A stretch of 64,000 nucleotides of DNA, taken from contig NC_086117.1 in assembly GCF_963921235.1 (NCBI RefSeq), forward strand, positions 32,984,001 through 33,048,000, read 5' to 3'. The position numbers and the translations under genes are program-made. The notes below the pieces were generated by a model that worked only from the letters and a program-made list of their open reading frames with translations, was not told where the DNA came from and did not search any database. The stretch comes from Mobula hypostoma (taxonomy: Eukaryota). This document shows positions 1 through 12,308 of the stretch, piece by piece (position 1 is the first letter of the stretch; each line of letters opens with the position of its first letter).

Positions 1-2618
1 CACCTTCCTACGTGCAAAATGTTTGTCAACTATCCTCTTGCTTGCCATTCATTTCAGCTTTACAATAGCTCCTTGATACCATATTCAGTCAGGCACTATC
101 TTAATGTCATGGACCGCCGCCCTCGTTTCTTCCATGGAATTCAGTCTTGTTATTATTGAACTAAGCTTACGACAAGATTTGAGACTAAACTGTCTCGGAA
201 AAAAAAAATCAAACTGACCGTTGGTAAACAAGTTATTAGTGACTAAATGCTTCTTCACAGCACTGTCAGCAACACTTACAGCAAATTGTTGTAGGTAGAG
301 AGTAACCTGATAGGGTGGTAAGTCCTCAGATTGAATTTGTGTTGTTTTTTGTTGGCAGAGCATACAAGGGTAATTATTCATGCTGTTGGATAGATGCCAA
401 TGTTACATTGCATACAGAACTAGATTGCCAAAGCTAAACTACTACCGTTCTAGATCCCAAATTGGTATCACATCCAGGATCAGAAGTGGAGATGCTGGAG
501 AAAGTGAATTGAGATTAAAGGTCTCAAGCTGAATCATCAACTGTCTTTTTCCCAGCACAGATGCCGCCTGACTTGCTGAATTCTGGATTTCAGCACCTCC
601 TGTATTTCGTGTCCTCTTCTATGCTAGATGCATTCTGCATGAGAAGAAGATGAAAGTGAGTCACCATTTCAGGTTAAGAGTCCTTCATCTGATCTGGAAT
701 GGTGAAAGATATGTCTAGTGGGTGAGTCCCACTGAACACAATGAAAATTATATAGGATTATTCACTTGAGGCTGAAATTTTGGAAAGTACAAGGAGGGAT
801 AAGAAAGGAAGGGTGGGATACACACATTTCTTTTCCTCCCATCACATTTCAGTAATCTGAAGGGATTGTTTTCACCATGAGTCTCTTGTCCATACTACCA
901 TCTCCTCCAAACACTTCACTTTCAAAGTACTTTTCATTAAAATATGACAGTTGTATCACCTGCCTTTTCACCTCATCCCTCCCCACCAGTGACCCAAACA
1001 ATCCTTCCAGAAGAAGCAGTAATTGACTTCCAGTTCTCCCCTTTTAATGCATTGAATTGGGATTGATGAAGACTACCTTTTGTGAGATCAGACACACCAA
1101 CTGGAAGCTGAGCTGGGACATCTCTGGATGAGGTCCTTCTATTACTGCTTTATTGTACACTACCAGTCACATCTGGATTTGTCAGACCTGTAGTGCTTTA
1201 ATCTGATCATTTTGTTGTGGAATCACATTACTTCATTTTTGCTATATAACAAGAACTCTGAGTTGCATCTCAGTAAGTGTTGTCAACTTGCTTTCAGATA
1301 GGGCAATAATTAGCAGATGAATTAGCTAATAAAACTAAATCCAAAAGAGTGGCTGGGGCTTTTAAATGTTGCTGATTAACCATGTCTCAGATTTTACCTC
1401 ATCTGCTGTAACAATTTTATAATAAATGCCAAGGGCATCATTGTAATTTTGATTACCAATTATGATTCTTTATCTTGACTTTAGAATAAATCTGTTTCTC
1501 CCATCACTGACTGAGTCACTGCAATGTCCTTGGCTCAAGTGGAAATAAACCATTTGCAACCTTGACAAAAATTTCAATCTCAAAATGAACTTATGACCCC
1601 AACACTCTCTCTATCACAAAGCTCCTTTGCTCTAACAATAACTCCCTTCTGGTACAGTTTCCTAAAGATCCTAATCAGTCACTTACTTCTACCTACAACT
1701 ATTTATTTCAAATATACATCTGACACAGAGGAAAATGAAATTCAGTCATTTAATTAATCCTTATTATAATTTAGTTTTAATATAGTTGTGTTCCTTGAAA
1801 TCTTTCATTAGTAAAAAGGTTGTACAGACAAGTTTAGCTCTAATTGTTATATACAGAGGTAGTAGATGGGTGAAAAATCCTAGACTGGAGAATCCTGCTG
1901 TTGAAATTAAGAGAGAGTGATTTCATTTTTACCAATAAAATGATTAAGAGTTATGATGCAGGTAATTGTTTCAAAATTGGACTCACTTACAAAGATTATA
2001 ATGACATATTTCAAACCTTTACCTTCACAAAAAACAATCTAGTATCTTCTAAATTATTAACTTAATTTTTTTTATCAGAATCATTTTTAAAGATGACCAT
2101 TTCACTTTATGCAATAATATAGATATCATCTTGGTATCAAAAGTATTTTCATTTTTAAATTAGCCACCAGATCAAAAATTTATATTAGATCAAGGGAGGA
2201 TAATAGAACCCAGATTATTACAACTACATTAAAGATTGTAGTGCAGAATTGAATAAAATCCTACTACTAGAAAAGAGCACTATATTTTTCATTAAGACAA
2301 AAGACCACGGTATTTTTCCCATATTGATCAAGAAACGTAATTTATTTTTACTTTCCATCTGCAGAAGATGTGAGAAGGGAAACAACATTAACATTTCAAG
2401 TTGAGATCCCTTTGTCGGAACTGGAAAGGGCAATAAAGAAATTTATTAAACTGCAGTGCAGGTAAGGGACAGCTAAGCTAGGATGAACATGCGAAAACAG
2501 TGCAAACAAAATTATCTGGTCAATTAGTGAATTGGAGCAGTAAGAGAGTGAAAGCATATACAAACAAACATCAACAAAAGAACGTAGAAGTGTAAAATGC
2601 AGAGCGGGAAGTCTTGCC

Positions 2619-2766
2619 AATATGAGAAAATCTGCAGATGCTAGAAATCCAAAGCAGCACACATAAAATGCTGAAGAGTCTCAACCTGAAACATTGACAG
2701 TCTACTCTTTTCCATAGATATTACCTGGTCTGCTGAGTTCCTACAGCATTTTGTGTATGTGGCATA
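2619..2766. mobile_element. Short PLE terminal-repeat insertion: inverted tail joined to a degenerate hammerhead-bearing segment
   Basis: Matches the PLE termini at 9277-10183 and 39261-39400. Flanked by a 12-bp TSD ggaag(t/c)cttgcc at 2607-2618 and 2767-2778. Confidence 0.7.
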
Positions 2767-3904
2767 GGAAGCCTTGCCTGGCAGGTTAAGTTGGGTGTGT
2801 CCTCCACTCCCAGAGAGAGAAAAAAATGAAGCAACAAGAAAAAATAAAGCTGAACTAATGTCACAAAATAAAGTTGAAAGAAACAATTACTTTGCAATGG
2901 GTCTAAGTTTTTCCAGCTATGTTTCCCTGCTGATATGCCAGGTGTCAAGATGACTGTATGCACCATAAAATAGATTGAAATGAAAATCCTCACCTTTCCT
3001 AATGCATTTGTTTTGTACATTGTGTTGGTAAGCTGTTTTCTTTGCCTTCCTACATGTTGCAGTTTCTGAAAAGGTTTTGAAAAATGCCCCTTATGATACA
3101 AACTCACTCCTGCCAAGTCTGACACCCTAAATCCTTCAATTCCCCGAGAGCCCCTTCTTTCCAACTGTTGAAGCGTTCATATGTAATGATTTCTGACATC
3201 TCCAAAACCAAGCTTCTGATGCAGGCACAGAACTCAAACCCATTCCAAAGCCACTTATTTGATTGCCAATATCTCCCTCTACTTCCCTGTATTGTCCCTG
3301 TCACCAACCACACTGAAAACTATGAGACTCCACTATATTGAATTTATTCTTTGGCACATCAGGAAAATAATCTGTACATGCTGGAAATTTTCAATAGATC
3401 AGAAACATCTGTGGCAAAAATAGCCACATTGATACTGCATCAGAATTATATTGTAATGTCTATTTCCATACAAGTCAATAGGTTGAGAAAATGAACTTTG
3501 CTTCTCTCACCCATATGCTCCCTGATCTGCTGACGATGTCTAGCATTTCTGTTTTATTTCAGAATTGTAACATCTGCAGTATTTTAATTTGAAATCATAA
3601 ATGAGATTGTGTATTTCTTAAATAATGCTTGGTTTTGAAGTTGTGTGTATTTATTTATAATGTCCTTTTTTATTCTTTGCAAGAAGGTGCAAAGTGTTCT
3701 CTGTTCTCCCTTCCACTGTTCTCAGTTGACTAAACAATAATTGCAAATCTGGATCCTATTATGCTAAAACCAGAATTTAAATTCATGTAATTGGATAGAT
3801 TGAGAATTAAAAGTAGAATCATCCACGGTGCCCCTGAAACAGTCATATTATCACAATAAAAATAATTTGATCACTGACATATTTCTACTGCCATCATTCA
3901 AGCT

Positions 3905-4380
3905 CAAGTTCAATTTCATGTTTAATGTTCTCATAGGCATCCATACACAGAGTATAAGTACAATGAAAATAAGCCTTTTGCAGTAACAGCATGGTACATT
4001 ATAAGGCAAGTACAAGCATAGTTAACATATACATAAATTATACATAATTTACAGATGCAGAATATAAACAACAAAATAAGCAATGACATTAGAATGAGAT
4101 TTAGAGAGAGAGAAAGAAAGAGAGAGAGAATTAAAGGTGAGGTAGTGTTCAGGGTCTTTAGGTAACGTCCAGAACCTAATGGCAATTGAGAAGAAGCTGT
4201 TTGCTGAACCTTAAGCTGTTGGTCTTCAAGCTCCTTTACCTCCTGCCTGGTGGTAGCATGGGGAAGAGACCATGGTCCAGACAGTGGGGTTCCCTAATGA
4301 TGGATGTTGTCTTCCTTGTAAGGCTATTTTGTGACTCTCCATCACCAATGCAGTTTAGCATTTCCTGAGATGTCAAATGA
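3905..4380 (-). mobile_element. Rex1/Babar-type LINE 3' fragment
   Basis: Antisense frame TTSIIREPHCLDHGLFPMLPPGRR resembles the Rex1-type ORF2 C-terminus (ASSIIKDPxHPGHxLFxLLPSGRR). 3' UTR and tail follow. Confidence 0.65.
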
Positions 4381-4409
4381 AAGTAGAACATAGAACAATA
4401 CAACACCGG

Positions 4410-5340
4410 ATTCAATGATTCAAAGTACATTTATTATCAAAGTAAGCAAAAATTATATAACCTTGATATTTACTTGCTTACAGGTAGCCATAAAGCAAGA
4501 AATCCAAAATAGCCCAATTAAAGAGAAAAAAGTAAATAAAAGACCAACACCCGATACAAAAGAGAAAGAAAATGAAAACACAAGTCATGCAAACAATTGA
4601 AGCGAACAACAACATTCTGAACCAAACTGAGTCTTCAGATCCAAAACCCGGAGCAGTGCAGTGTAGGCCGAAAGCCTCGCTTATTAGTTCATCATATTAG
4701 TGGGCACGGAGCACAACAGCTGGGGCAGTATTCATAGTCTCAGCATCATGGCGGAGAGCAGCAAAATCCGCTCTTGCCCCAGATCCTGACACCCTGTCTT
4801 TTTAGTCTATCTGGGCCAGCATTTCAACTGACGAAACAACAGAACAGCAAAACACCCTAGAGAGAGAAGTGACCATTGTGGTGAGAGAGGGACTTCAGCT
4901 TTCGCCTCCAATCGGGGTCAGCGTTTAAATTGTGTAAACTGCGGATCGTACCTCACACTAGGAACTGCCCGCTGCGAAGGGATTGGGGTCTAGGCCATGC
5001 TGCCCATGATTCACTCCAGGCCCAGATTTCGCCACCCAGTCCGAAGCCGCTCTCAGGGTCTTCAAATCATCTCAATGCCCAGACCGATCCAACCTTGCAG
5101 CCAGGACAGTTGTATGGGCATCGAATTACCCCTACCCCCAACCTCTCCTCTCAGAACACAGAGAGATCCAACCTCGCCCCTGGGCCAGTTCTGCAGGGAT
5201 CAGGACTACACTGGCCCAACCTCTGGTCTCTGAATGGGTCACTCTATCTGCATCAATTCTGCAACACACCATCCCAGTTCATCTCCCAAACTTGACTTGC
5301 CCCCTCACTGTTTGTGGCGGTAACTTAACACAATTTAACA
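4410..5340 (-). mobile_element. Non-coding LINE-derived (Rex1/L2-type tail) insertion inside a CR1 3' end
   Basis: Tail 'gattcaaagtacatttattatcaaagta'. It separates the CR1 tail (agaacatagaacaatacaacac, about 4385) from the CR1 body resuming at about 5345. Confidence 0.5.
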
Positions 5341-5344
5341 GAAC

Positions 5345-7550
5345 AAGTTTATCCAACCTCTTATCATAGCACATGCCCTCTAAACCAGGCGGCATCCTGG
5401 TAAACCTCTCTTACAGCTTCTCCAAAGCCTCAACATCCTTCCAATAGTGAGGCAGCCAGAACTGTATACAATACTCTGCATGTGGTCTAACTAGAGTTTT
5501 ATAAAGTTACAACTTAACCTCTTGACTTTTGAACTCATTGCCTCAACGAATAAAAGCAAGCATCCCATAAGCCTTCTTAACCACCTTATCGACCTGTGCA
5601 GCCCTACCTTGCATTTACCCTACCAAGGTGCAACACTTCACACTCATCTGGGTTCAGCTCCATCTGCCATTTTACTGCCCATATCTGCAACTGATCTATA
5701 TCGTACTATAATCTTTGACTCTTTTCTACACTATCCAACTCCAACAATCTTGGTATTGTGTGCCAATTTACAAGCCTACCAATCTACATTTTAATTCAGT
5801 TCATTTACATACATCATGAACATCAGAGGTCCCGGCACAGATTCCTGCGGAACACCACTAATTACCGTCCTCCAACTCAGACAACTTCCTTCAACCACTA
5901 CCCTCTGTCTTCTATGTATGTGCAAGCCGGTTCTGAATCCAAACAGCCAATTTGCCACAGACCCCATGCATGTTAATCTTCTGCATTTGTCTCCCATGAG
6001 GGACTTTGTCAAACACCTCATTAAATTCTATGTAGACAACTTCCAATGCACTACCCTCATCAATCCCTCTCGTCGTCACCATGTCAGAAAAACTCAATCA
6101 AATTGGTAAGGCATGATCTGCCATGCACGAAGCCATGTGGGGTCTCCCTACTAAGTCCATGGGTTTACAAATGCTCAGATATCCTATTCCTAAGACTTGT
6201 CTCCAGCAATATCCCTACAACTGACATGAGACTAATTGGTCTATGGTTCCCAGGACTTTTCCTTCTTAAATAGAGGTACAACATTAGTCAATCACCAGTC
6301 TTCCAGGACCTAACCTGTGGCTAGAGAGGAGATTAAGATACTGATCAAGGGCCCAACAATTTTATTTCTTGCCTCCTTTAACAACCTGGGGTAAATCCCA
6401 TCAGGTCCTGGGGACATACCCATCGTAATACTCATTAGGAGACCTAACACTTCTTCCTCTTTGACCTCTAAACACCCTGGCATATTTATACACTCAGCAC
6501 TGATTTCCTTGTCCTCTATATACTCTTCCTTGGTAAATACTGAAGCAAAGTATTCATTTAGTATCTCACTCGCATACTCTGCATCCAGACAATTGTTTCC
6601 TCTTTATCCCTGAGTGGTCCCACCCTCTCCCTAGTTATCTTCTTGCCCTTGATGTATTATAAAATCCCTTAGGATTCACCTTAATCCTACTTGCCAAGGA
6701 CTTTTCATAGCCCTTCTTGGCTTTCATAATTCCCTTTAGTTCTTTTCTGGCTTCTTTATACTTCTCATATGCTTTGTTTGATCCTAATTTCTAAAGCTTT
6801 ACATACTTTTCCTTTTTCTTCTTGATTAACTTCATCACTTCCCTGGACATCTTTCCATCCCCATCCTTTCTTCTAATGGAAACACAGCTTTCCTGTCCTC
6901 TGTACTTTAAACACCCTCCACATGTCTGATGTGGACTTGCCAGACAAAAGGTATTGCCAATTAACACTTTTTAGTTCCTGCAAGATGACCTCATAATTTG
7001 CTTTACTCCAATTTAAAACTTTCCCACAAGAACCATACCTATCCGTATTTATTGCTATCCTGAAAGTTAAGGAGTTGTGGTCACTATTCCCTAACTGGTC
7101 ACCCATTGAAAGGTCAGTCAGCTGGCCAGTGTTATTACCCAACACCAGGTCCAGTACGGGCCTTCCTCTCATTGGATCATCCATATATTGATTTAAGAAA
7201 CCTCTTGGATATACTTAACAAGTTCTGCCCCATCTAAACCCCTTGCACTAAGAAGGTCCCAAATTATATTAGGGAAGTTGAAATCCACCGTGACAACAAC
7301 CTGATTATACTTTCACATCTGCTTAATCTGATTACATATCTGTTCCTCAATGTCCCGATGGCTATTTGGAATTCTGTAGTACAATCCCATTAATGTGATT
7401 GCGCCCTTCCTGTTCCTGAGTTCTACCCAAATGGACTCAGTGTCTGACCCCTCCATTACATATCCCCTTAGTGCAGATGTGATATTGTCTCTGATTAGTA
7501 GTGCAATTACCCTCCCTTCCCTTTGCCTCCTCCTGTACCTTTTCTAAATG
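5345..7550 (-). mobile_element. CR1 LINE ORF2 fragment (endonuclease end and RT), decayed and internally deleted
   Basis: Antisense peptides PMRGRPVLDLVLGN..LGNSDHNSLTF, VVYIEFNEVFDKVPHGR and VISGVPQESVPGPLMFMMYVNEL, broken by frameshifts and stops. Confidence 0.9.
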
Positions 7551-8526
7551 AAGGGTAATCGGGATAGATAATAAATACTGGCATTTTAATCAATGACAGT
7601 AATGTATGAAAAAAATGAGAACAAAATCACATATATAACATGCAAAATCATTCACTGCTAGACTGTGACTTTAATTATAATGAAGTTGAGTGAAACCAAG
7701 CCAGTTTTCATAAGGTATTAGCTCAGCCTCACATAGATAATACATAAGTGACAGCTCCAAACATCCAAATTTAAATTGAACGATAGAAGTTGCGCTACAC
7801 TTATAAAACTTTTTCTACTGAAATTAATGAATCCAACAAGCACAAATGCTAATGAATAGTGCATTTAAGTCTACCAATTTGGGAAGAAATCCAAGGTGAG
7901 GACAGAAAATAAATGAAGCTTCTAACTCTGCATGCAGAGATAATATAAAACCACCTTCAGATCTCTTCTGGGGGAAAAGTTACAGCTTGCACTTTATCAA
8001 CTTGCTGTATTTAGTGTGAGATACTCCAACTACAATCAACATTCATAATTCATGATGGCTGAGGGACGGGAATTATGACACAGCTTTAACTTACTAATTC
8101 CTTTATTACACCGGAGCTTAGTAACAAATCTTAATTCATTTGAATTACCTTGTTTTTCAGCATATCTTTGAATAATGTACGTTTAATATTATGCACTGCA
8201 GAGAATATTTATATTGTGCAGTAAATTATTTTCATTTCACGATATCTCATTTTCATTGCCTATTTTTCAAAAGAAAATTTGTTAATAAAGGTTACTTCAT
8301 TCAAACACTTTACTGATGCAGGAGTTGTCCAACATCTTATAAATTAATAATATCTTGCTTTAAGCTCTGTATAAAATAATAATATGTTTTGAACTCCAGT
8401 CTTTTTCCGCTGTTCTTGAACTCAATAAAATCCAAATGAATATTATCTGGGCATTTTTAAAAACAAATCTAATGTCAAAATGCAGGTTTGGAGATTTTTT
8501 AAGTAGGTTTGATATCATTGCATACA

Positions 8527-8825
8527 TTTATTTATTTATTTATTTATTTATTTATTGAGGTACAGCACAGAATAGGCTTTACTGGCCCTTCGAGCCTCAC
8601 TGCTCAGCATCCCCCGATTTAATCCTAGCCTAATCATGAGACACTTGATAATGGCCAACTAACCTCTCAACTGGTATGTCTTTGGACTATGGGAGGAAAC
8701 CAGAGCACCAGGAGGAAACCCATGTCGTCAGGGGGACATCATATAATCTCCTTACAGACAGCAGTGGAATTAAACCCGGTTTGCTGGTACTGTAAAACAT
8801 TGTGCTTTACTAAGCTACCGTGCTA
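8527..8825 (-). mobile_element. HE1-like tRNA-derived SINE with (TAAA)n tail
   Basis: On minus: head gcacggtagcttagtaa.., B-box-like gggtttaattcc, core catgggtttcctcctggtgctctggtttcctccca. (TTTA)n at 8527-8556 on plus. Confidence 0.75.
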
Positions 8826-9368
8826 TCTCAAATTCTCTTTGTCTCTAATGTATGTTTACTGTATAATCCGATAAATGTATCTTTCAAATAACTCTGTATT
8901 AGAATAAATAATTCCAAATTAACTAATCTTAAAATAATTGGCAACTTTACTGGGGGAAGATAAAGAACATTCTACAGTTTGTAATCTACCCTTATATTCA
9001 CCTAAACCATTTGTCATCTGAACAGCTCCAGGAAACTGCATTCCATTCCATCGGAATATTTTGAACTAAAATAGCAGGATAACCTTTAGATAAACTTCAG
9101 ACTTTTACGGGGTCTTGCAATTTTACAATACTGTAATGTGTTTCTGTGAATGAGGTTGTTGTTCCTGTCCATTCTTTCAATGACACCTTGTGGTTTCACT
9201 GCTGAGTTAATTTGCATGATAACTTAGAATCCATTTTAACAGCATTAAGTATGTACAAACGTAAGAAGCAGATATAAACACAAAATAATCTGCAGATGCT
9301 GGGGTCAAAGCAACACTCACAACACGCTGGAGGAACTCAGCAGGTCGGGCAGCATCCGTGGAAACGAT

Positions 9369-9406
9369 CAGTTGACGTTTCGGGCCGGAACCCTTCGTCA
9401 GGACTG
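9369..9406 (-). ncRNA. Minimal type-I hammerhead ribozyme motif
   Basis: cagtc-CTGACGA-a-ggg(ttccgg)ccc-GAAAC-GTC-aactg; one mismatch in stem I. Confidence 0.75.
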
Positions 9407-10094
9407 TAGGGGGAAGGGGCAGAGGCCCTATAAAGAAGGTGGGGGGGAGGGTGGGAAGGAGAAAGCTGGTAGGTTCCAGGTGAAAAACCAGTAAGGAGAA
9501 AGATAAAGGGGTGGGGGAAGGGAGGCTAGGAGGTGATAGGGTCATCTATTTCATCCGGTGCTCCCGATGCAGCCTCCTCTACATTGGTGAAACCCGATGC
9601 AGATTGGGGGACCGCTTCGTCGAGCACCTCCGCTCCATCCGCCAAAACAGACAGGATCTCCCAGTAGCCGCCCACTTCAACTCTGCTTCCCACTCCCATT
9701 CAGATATGTCCATACATGGCCTCCTCTACTGCCATGATGAGGCTAAACTCAGGTTGGAGGAGCGACACCTCATATACCGTCTAGGTAGTCTCCAGCCCCT
9801 TGGTATGAACATAGAATTCTCCAACTTCCAGTAATTCCCTCCCTCCCCCTTCCCCTATCCCTATGTCACTCTGCCCCCTCCCCCAGCTGCCTACCTCCCT
9901 CATAGTTCCGCCTCCTCCGACTACCCATTGTGTTTTCCCCTATTCTTTCTTCACCTTTCCTGCCTATCACCTCCCTGCCTTCCTTTCCCAGCCCTTTATC
10001 TTTCCCCTGACTGGTTTTTCACCTGGAACCTACCAGCCTTCTCCTACCCACCCTCCCCCCACCTTCTTTATAGGGCCTCTGCCCCTTCCCCCTA

Positions 10095-10132
10095 CAGTCC
10101 TGACGAAGGGTTCCAGCCCGAAACGTCGACTG
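10095..10132 (+). ncRNA. Minimal type-I hammerhead ribozyme motif, intact
   Basis: cagtc-CTGACGA-a-ggg(ttccag)ccc-GAAAC-GTC-gactg: perfect stem I (cagtc/gactg), 3-bp stem II, palindromic ACGT in place of helix III. Confidence 0.85.
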
Positions 10133-10339
10133 ATTGTTTCCACGGATGCTGCCCGACCTGCTGAGTTCCTCCAGTGTGTTGTGAGAAGCAGATATAGGTG
10201 TTGAGTATCAAGTCTTTTGTGTTTAGTTTTCAATGAGATCTAGATATAGCTTTCACCTCAATGTCACTTGCCTATCTCCATATCAATTGAATTCATTAAT
10301 ATGTATATATCTAGCTATCTTTAAAGAGAACTAGTTTCA

Positions 10340-10560
10340 TACAGTCATAGAGCACTACAGAACAGAAACAGACCCTTCAGCCTATCTACTCATGCCAAGC
10401 TATTATTTTGCACGGTCCCATTGACTTGAACCTAGACCATAGCCTTCCATACCCCTCCCATCTATGTACTTATCCAAGCGTCTCTTAAATTTTGAAATCC
10501 AACCCACATCGTTCACTTCCAATGGCAGCTCATTTGACACTCTCAACACTCTCTGAATGA
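10340..10560 (-). mobile_element. CR1 3' end fragment
   Basis: Antisense CR1 3' UTR and tail (catagagcactacagaacagaaacagacccttcagcc). Confidence 0.7.
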
Positions 10561-10625
10561 ACTAAGAAGCATGCGTCATGCTTTATTCTAAATTGCTTGC
10601 ATCTCTCAAACTTGTCAATGGTTAG

Positions 10626-10757
10626 GACTGATGAAGGGTCTCGGCTCGCAACGTCGACTGTTTACTTTTTTCCATAGATGCTGCCTGGCCTGCTGAGTTC
10701 CTCCAGCATTTTTTGCGTGTTGCCTGGATTTCCAGCATCAGCAGATTTTCTCTTGTT
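10626..10757 (+). mobile_element. 132-bp PLE mini-insertion starting at the hammerhead core
   Basis: Starts gaCTGATGAagggtctcggctcgcaacgtcgactg (GAAA mutated to GCAA). 9-bp TSD aatggttag at 10617-10625 and 10758-10766. Confidence 0.85.
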
Positions 10758-11039
10758 AATGGTTAGCGCTAACCAACTTTGTTCATTCATGACAAGTATC
10801 TATATGATGTAAAGAGGGCAAAACAATTACCAGCTGACTCTATAACATAATCTACATGCATGGTCTTGAGATGATGCTTACATAACAACTATTGACAACT
10901 GCATTCACCCAGAATTTGTGACTAGTTGAAAAAAAGAATCGGCATCCACAGGGAGAAGACTGTCCACTCACAGTGCTCAGAATGAAATACCATGGGCCAG
11001 ATCAGTCTGCTTCACCTGACAAAATGTGCAAGTACAAGA

Positions 11040-11645
11040 ACTATAGCACTCAGGGTGGAGGAGCAACATCTTCTATTCCGCCTGGGGAGCTTCCAACTTG
11101 ATGGCATGAATATCGATTTCTCCATCAGGGACAAAAAAAATTCCACCCCTCCTTTCTTCTATTCCCCACTCTGACCTTTTATTATTTTCACCTACCCATC
11201 ACTTCTCCCTAGCTCCCTTCTCTATTCCTTTCTCCTACCACCCACTCTCCTCCCCTATCAAATTCCTTCATCTCCAGCCCTTGACCTTTCCCACCAACCT
11301 GGCTTCATCTACCACCTTCCAGCTAGCCTCCTTCCTCCCCTCACCCCTGCCTTTTTTACTCTAACAACTTCTCCCTTCCTTCTCAGTACTGAAAAAGGGT
11401 TTCGGCCTGAAACGTCGACTGTTCATTCAATTCCATAGATGCCGCCTGACCTGCTGAGCTTCTCCAGCATTTTGTATGTGTTGTCATAACAGATGAGGCA
11501 TGATAGTGAAAATGGTACTGCAGATGTTGGAAATTTAGGAAAAGGAACAAGAAATGTTGGAAAAGTATCAGCAGGCCAGGCAGCATCTGTGGAAGGAATA
11601 TTTGACGAAAAGCCCTGGACCTGAAATGTTAGCTATTTCTCTTTG
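11040..11645. mobile_element. PLE 3' fragment (plus) followed by an inverted terminal-repeat piece
   Basis: LRVEEQHLLFRLGSFQLDGMNIDFS; degenerate hammerhead at 11384-11421; antisense tail at about 11510-11645. Confidence 0.8.
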
Positions 11646-11658
11646 AAGCAATTCCAAA

Positions 11659-12308
11659 TGTAATGCCCTAATAAAGGTTTCACTGCTAGTGTTTGGGTTA
11701 TTGATAGAGATAAGGGGTGCTTAGGAATGTTGGCAATCCAATTAGGTGAGAAGACTGGAGGAGCTGTTGTTTTTGTGCCTGACACCGAGGGGATTCTTTG
11801 GTTTTGTTTGGTGGGAGATGAAGAGAGAAGATGCTGGAGAGAACCAGTTGTAGGAATGAACCTGGAGGGGACCATGATTCAATGGAGTTAAGCTGTGGAT
11901 GTCTACGGGGGGATCAGTGAATATGACTTTTGGAAGATTTGAGCTCCAACCTGTGCAACATTTGACTGTTTAATTTTAATGGGCCTTTTTGTTTTTTTTT
12001 TTCTTTTCTCTCCTAACTCTTTAGTTAAGTTACTATTCATAAATATACTTCTTTTAATTGTATGCCACGTGTGATCTGTTATTTCCTGCGATGAGCTGTA
12101 ACAGGGCAGCAAATCACACACCATTCACAGAAACCAGGGTTTGGGTGGGCGAGACATCCCAATCTCACAGATTTGGCGGGACCAGAGTGTGTATCCCCTA
12201 GACATACAAGGCTGGAGAAAAGTGGGTACCTGGGCACTGAGTTGGGAGACTGCCAGCGAGGACTAATGAACCATTTCCTGAGATGCCGGAAAGAAAGGGG
12301 GTTTCACA
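11659..12308 (+). mobile_element. Probable solo LTR, diverged relative of the 46191 and 59501 LTRs
   Basis: TG..CA ends (tgtaat..ttcaca), about 650 bp. Shares the blocks atcacacaccattcaca and cccctagac with the other LTRs. No clean TSD; strand is inferred. Confidence 0.6.

Larger units (their letters stand above)
9277..10183. mobile_element. PLE fragment: inverted terminal repeat (9277-9540, minus) plus GIY-YIG 3' end and terminal repeat (9541-10183, plus)
   Basis: ORF 9511-9834 VIYFIRCSRCSLLYIGET..RFVEH..PVAAHFN..LEERHLIYRLGSLQPLGMN is a GIY-YIG domain. 13-bp TSD agaagcagatata at 9264-9276 and 10184-10196. Confidence 0.92.

Noticed and set aside
1-400. Exon-like sequence and 98-aa ORF at the window start
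   Set aside because: No consistent splice pair with an open frame and no recognisable protein.
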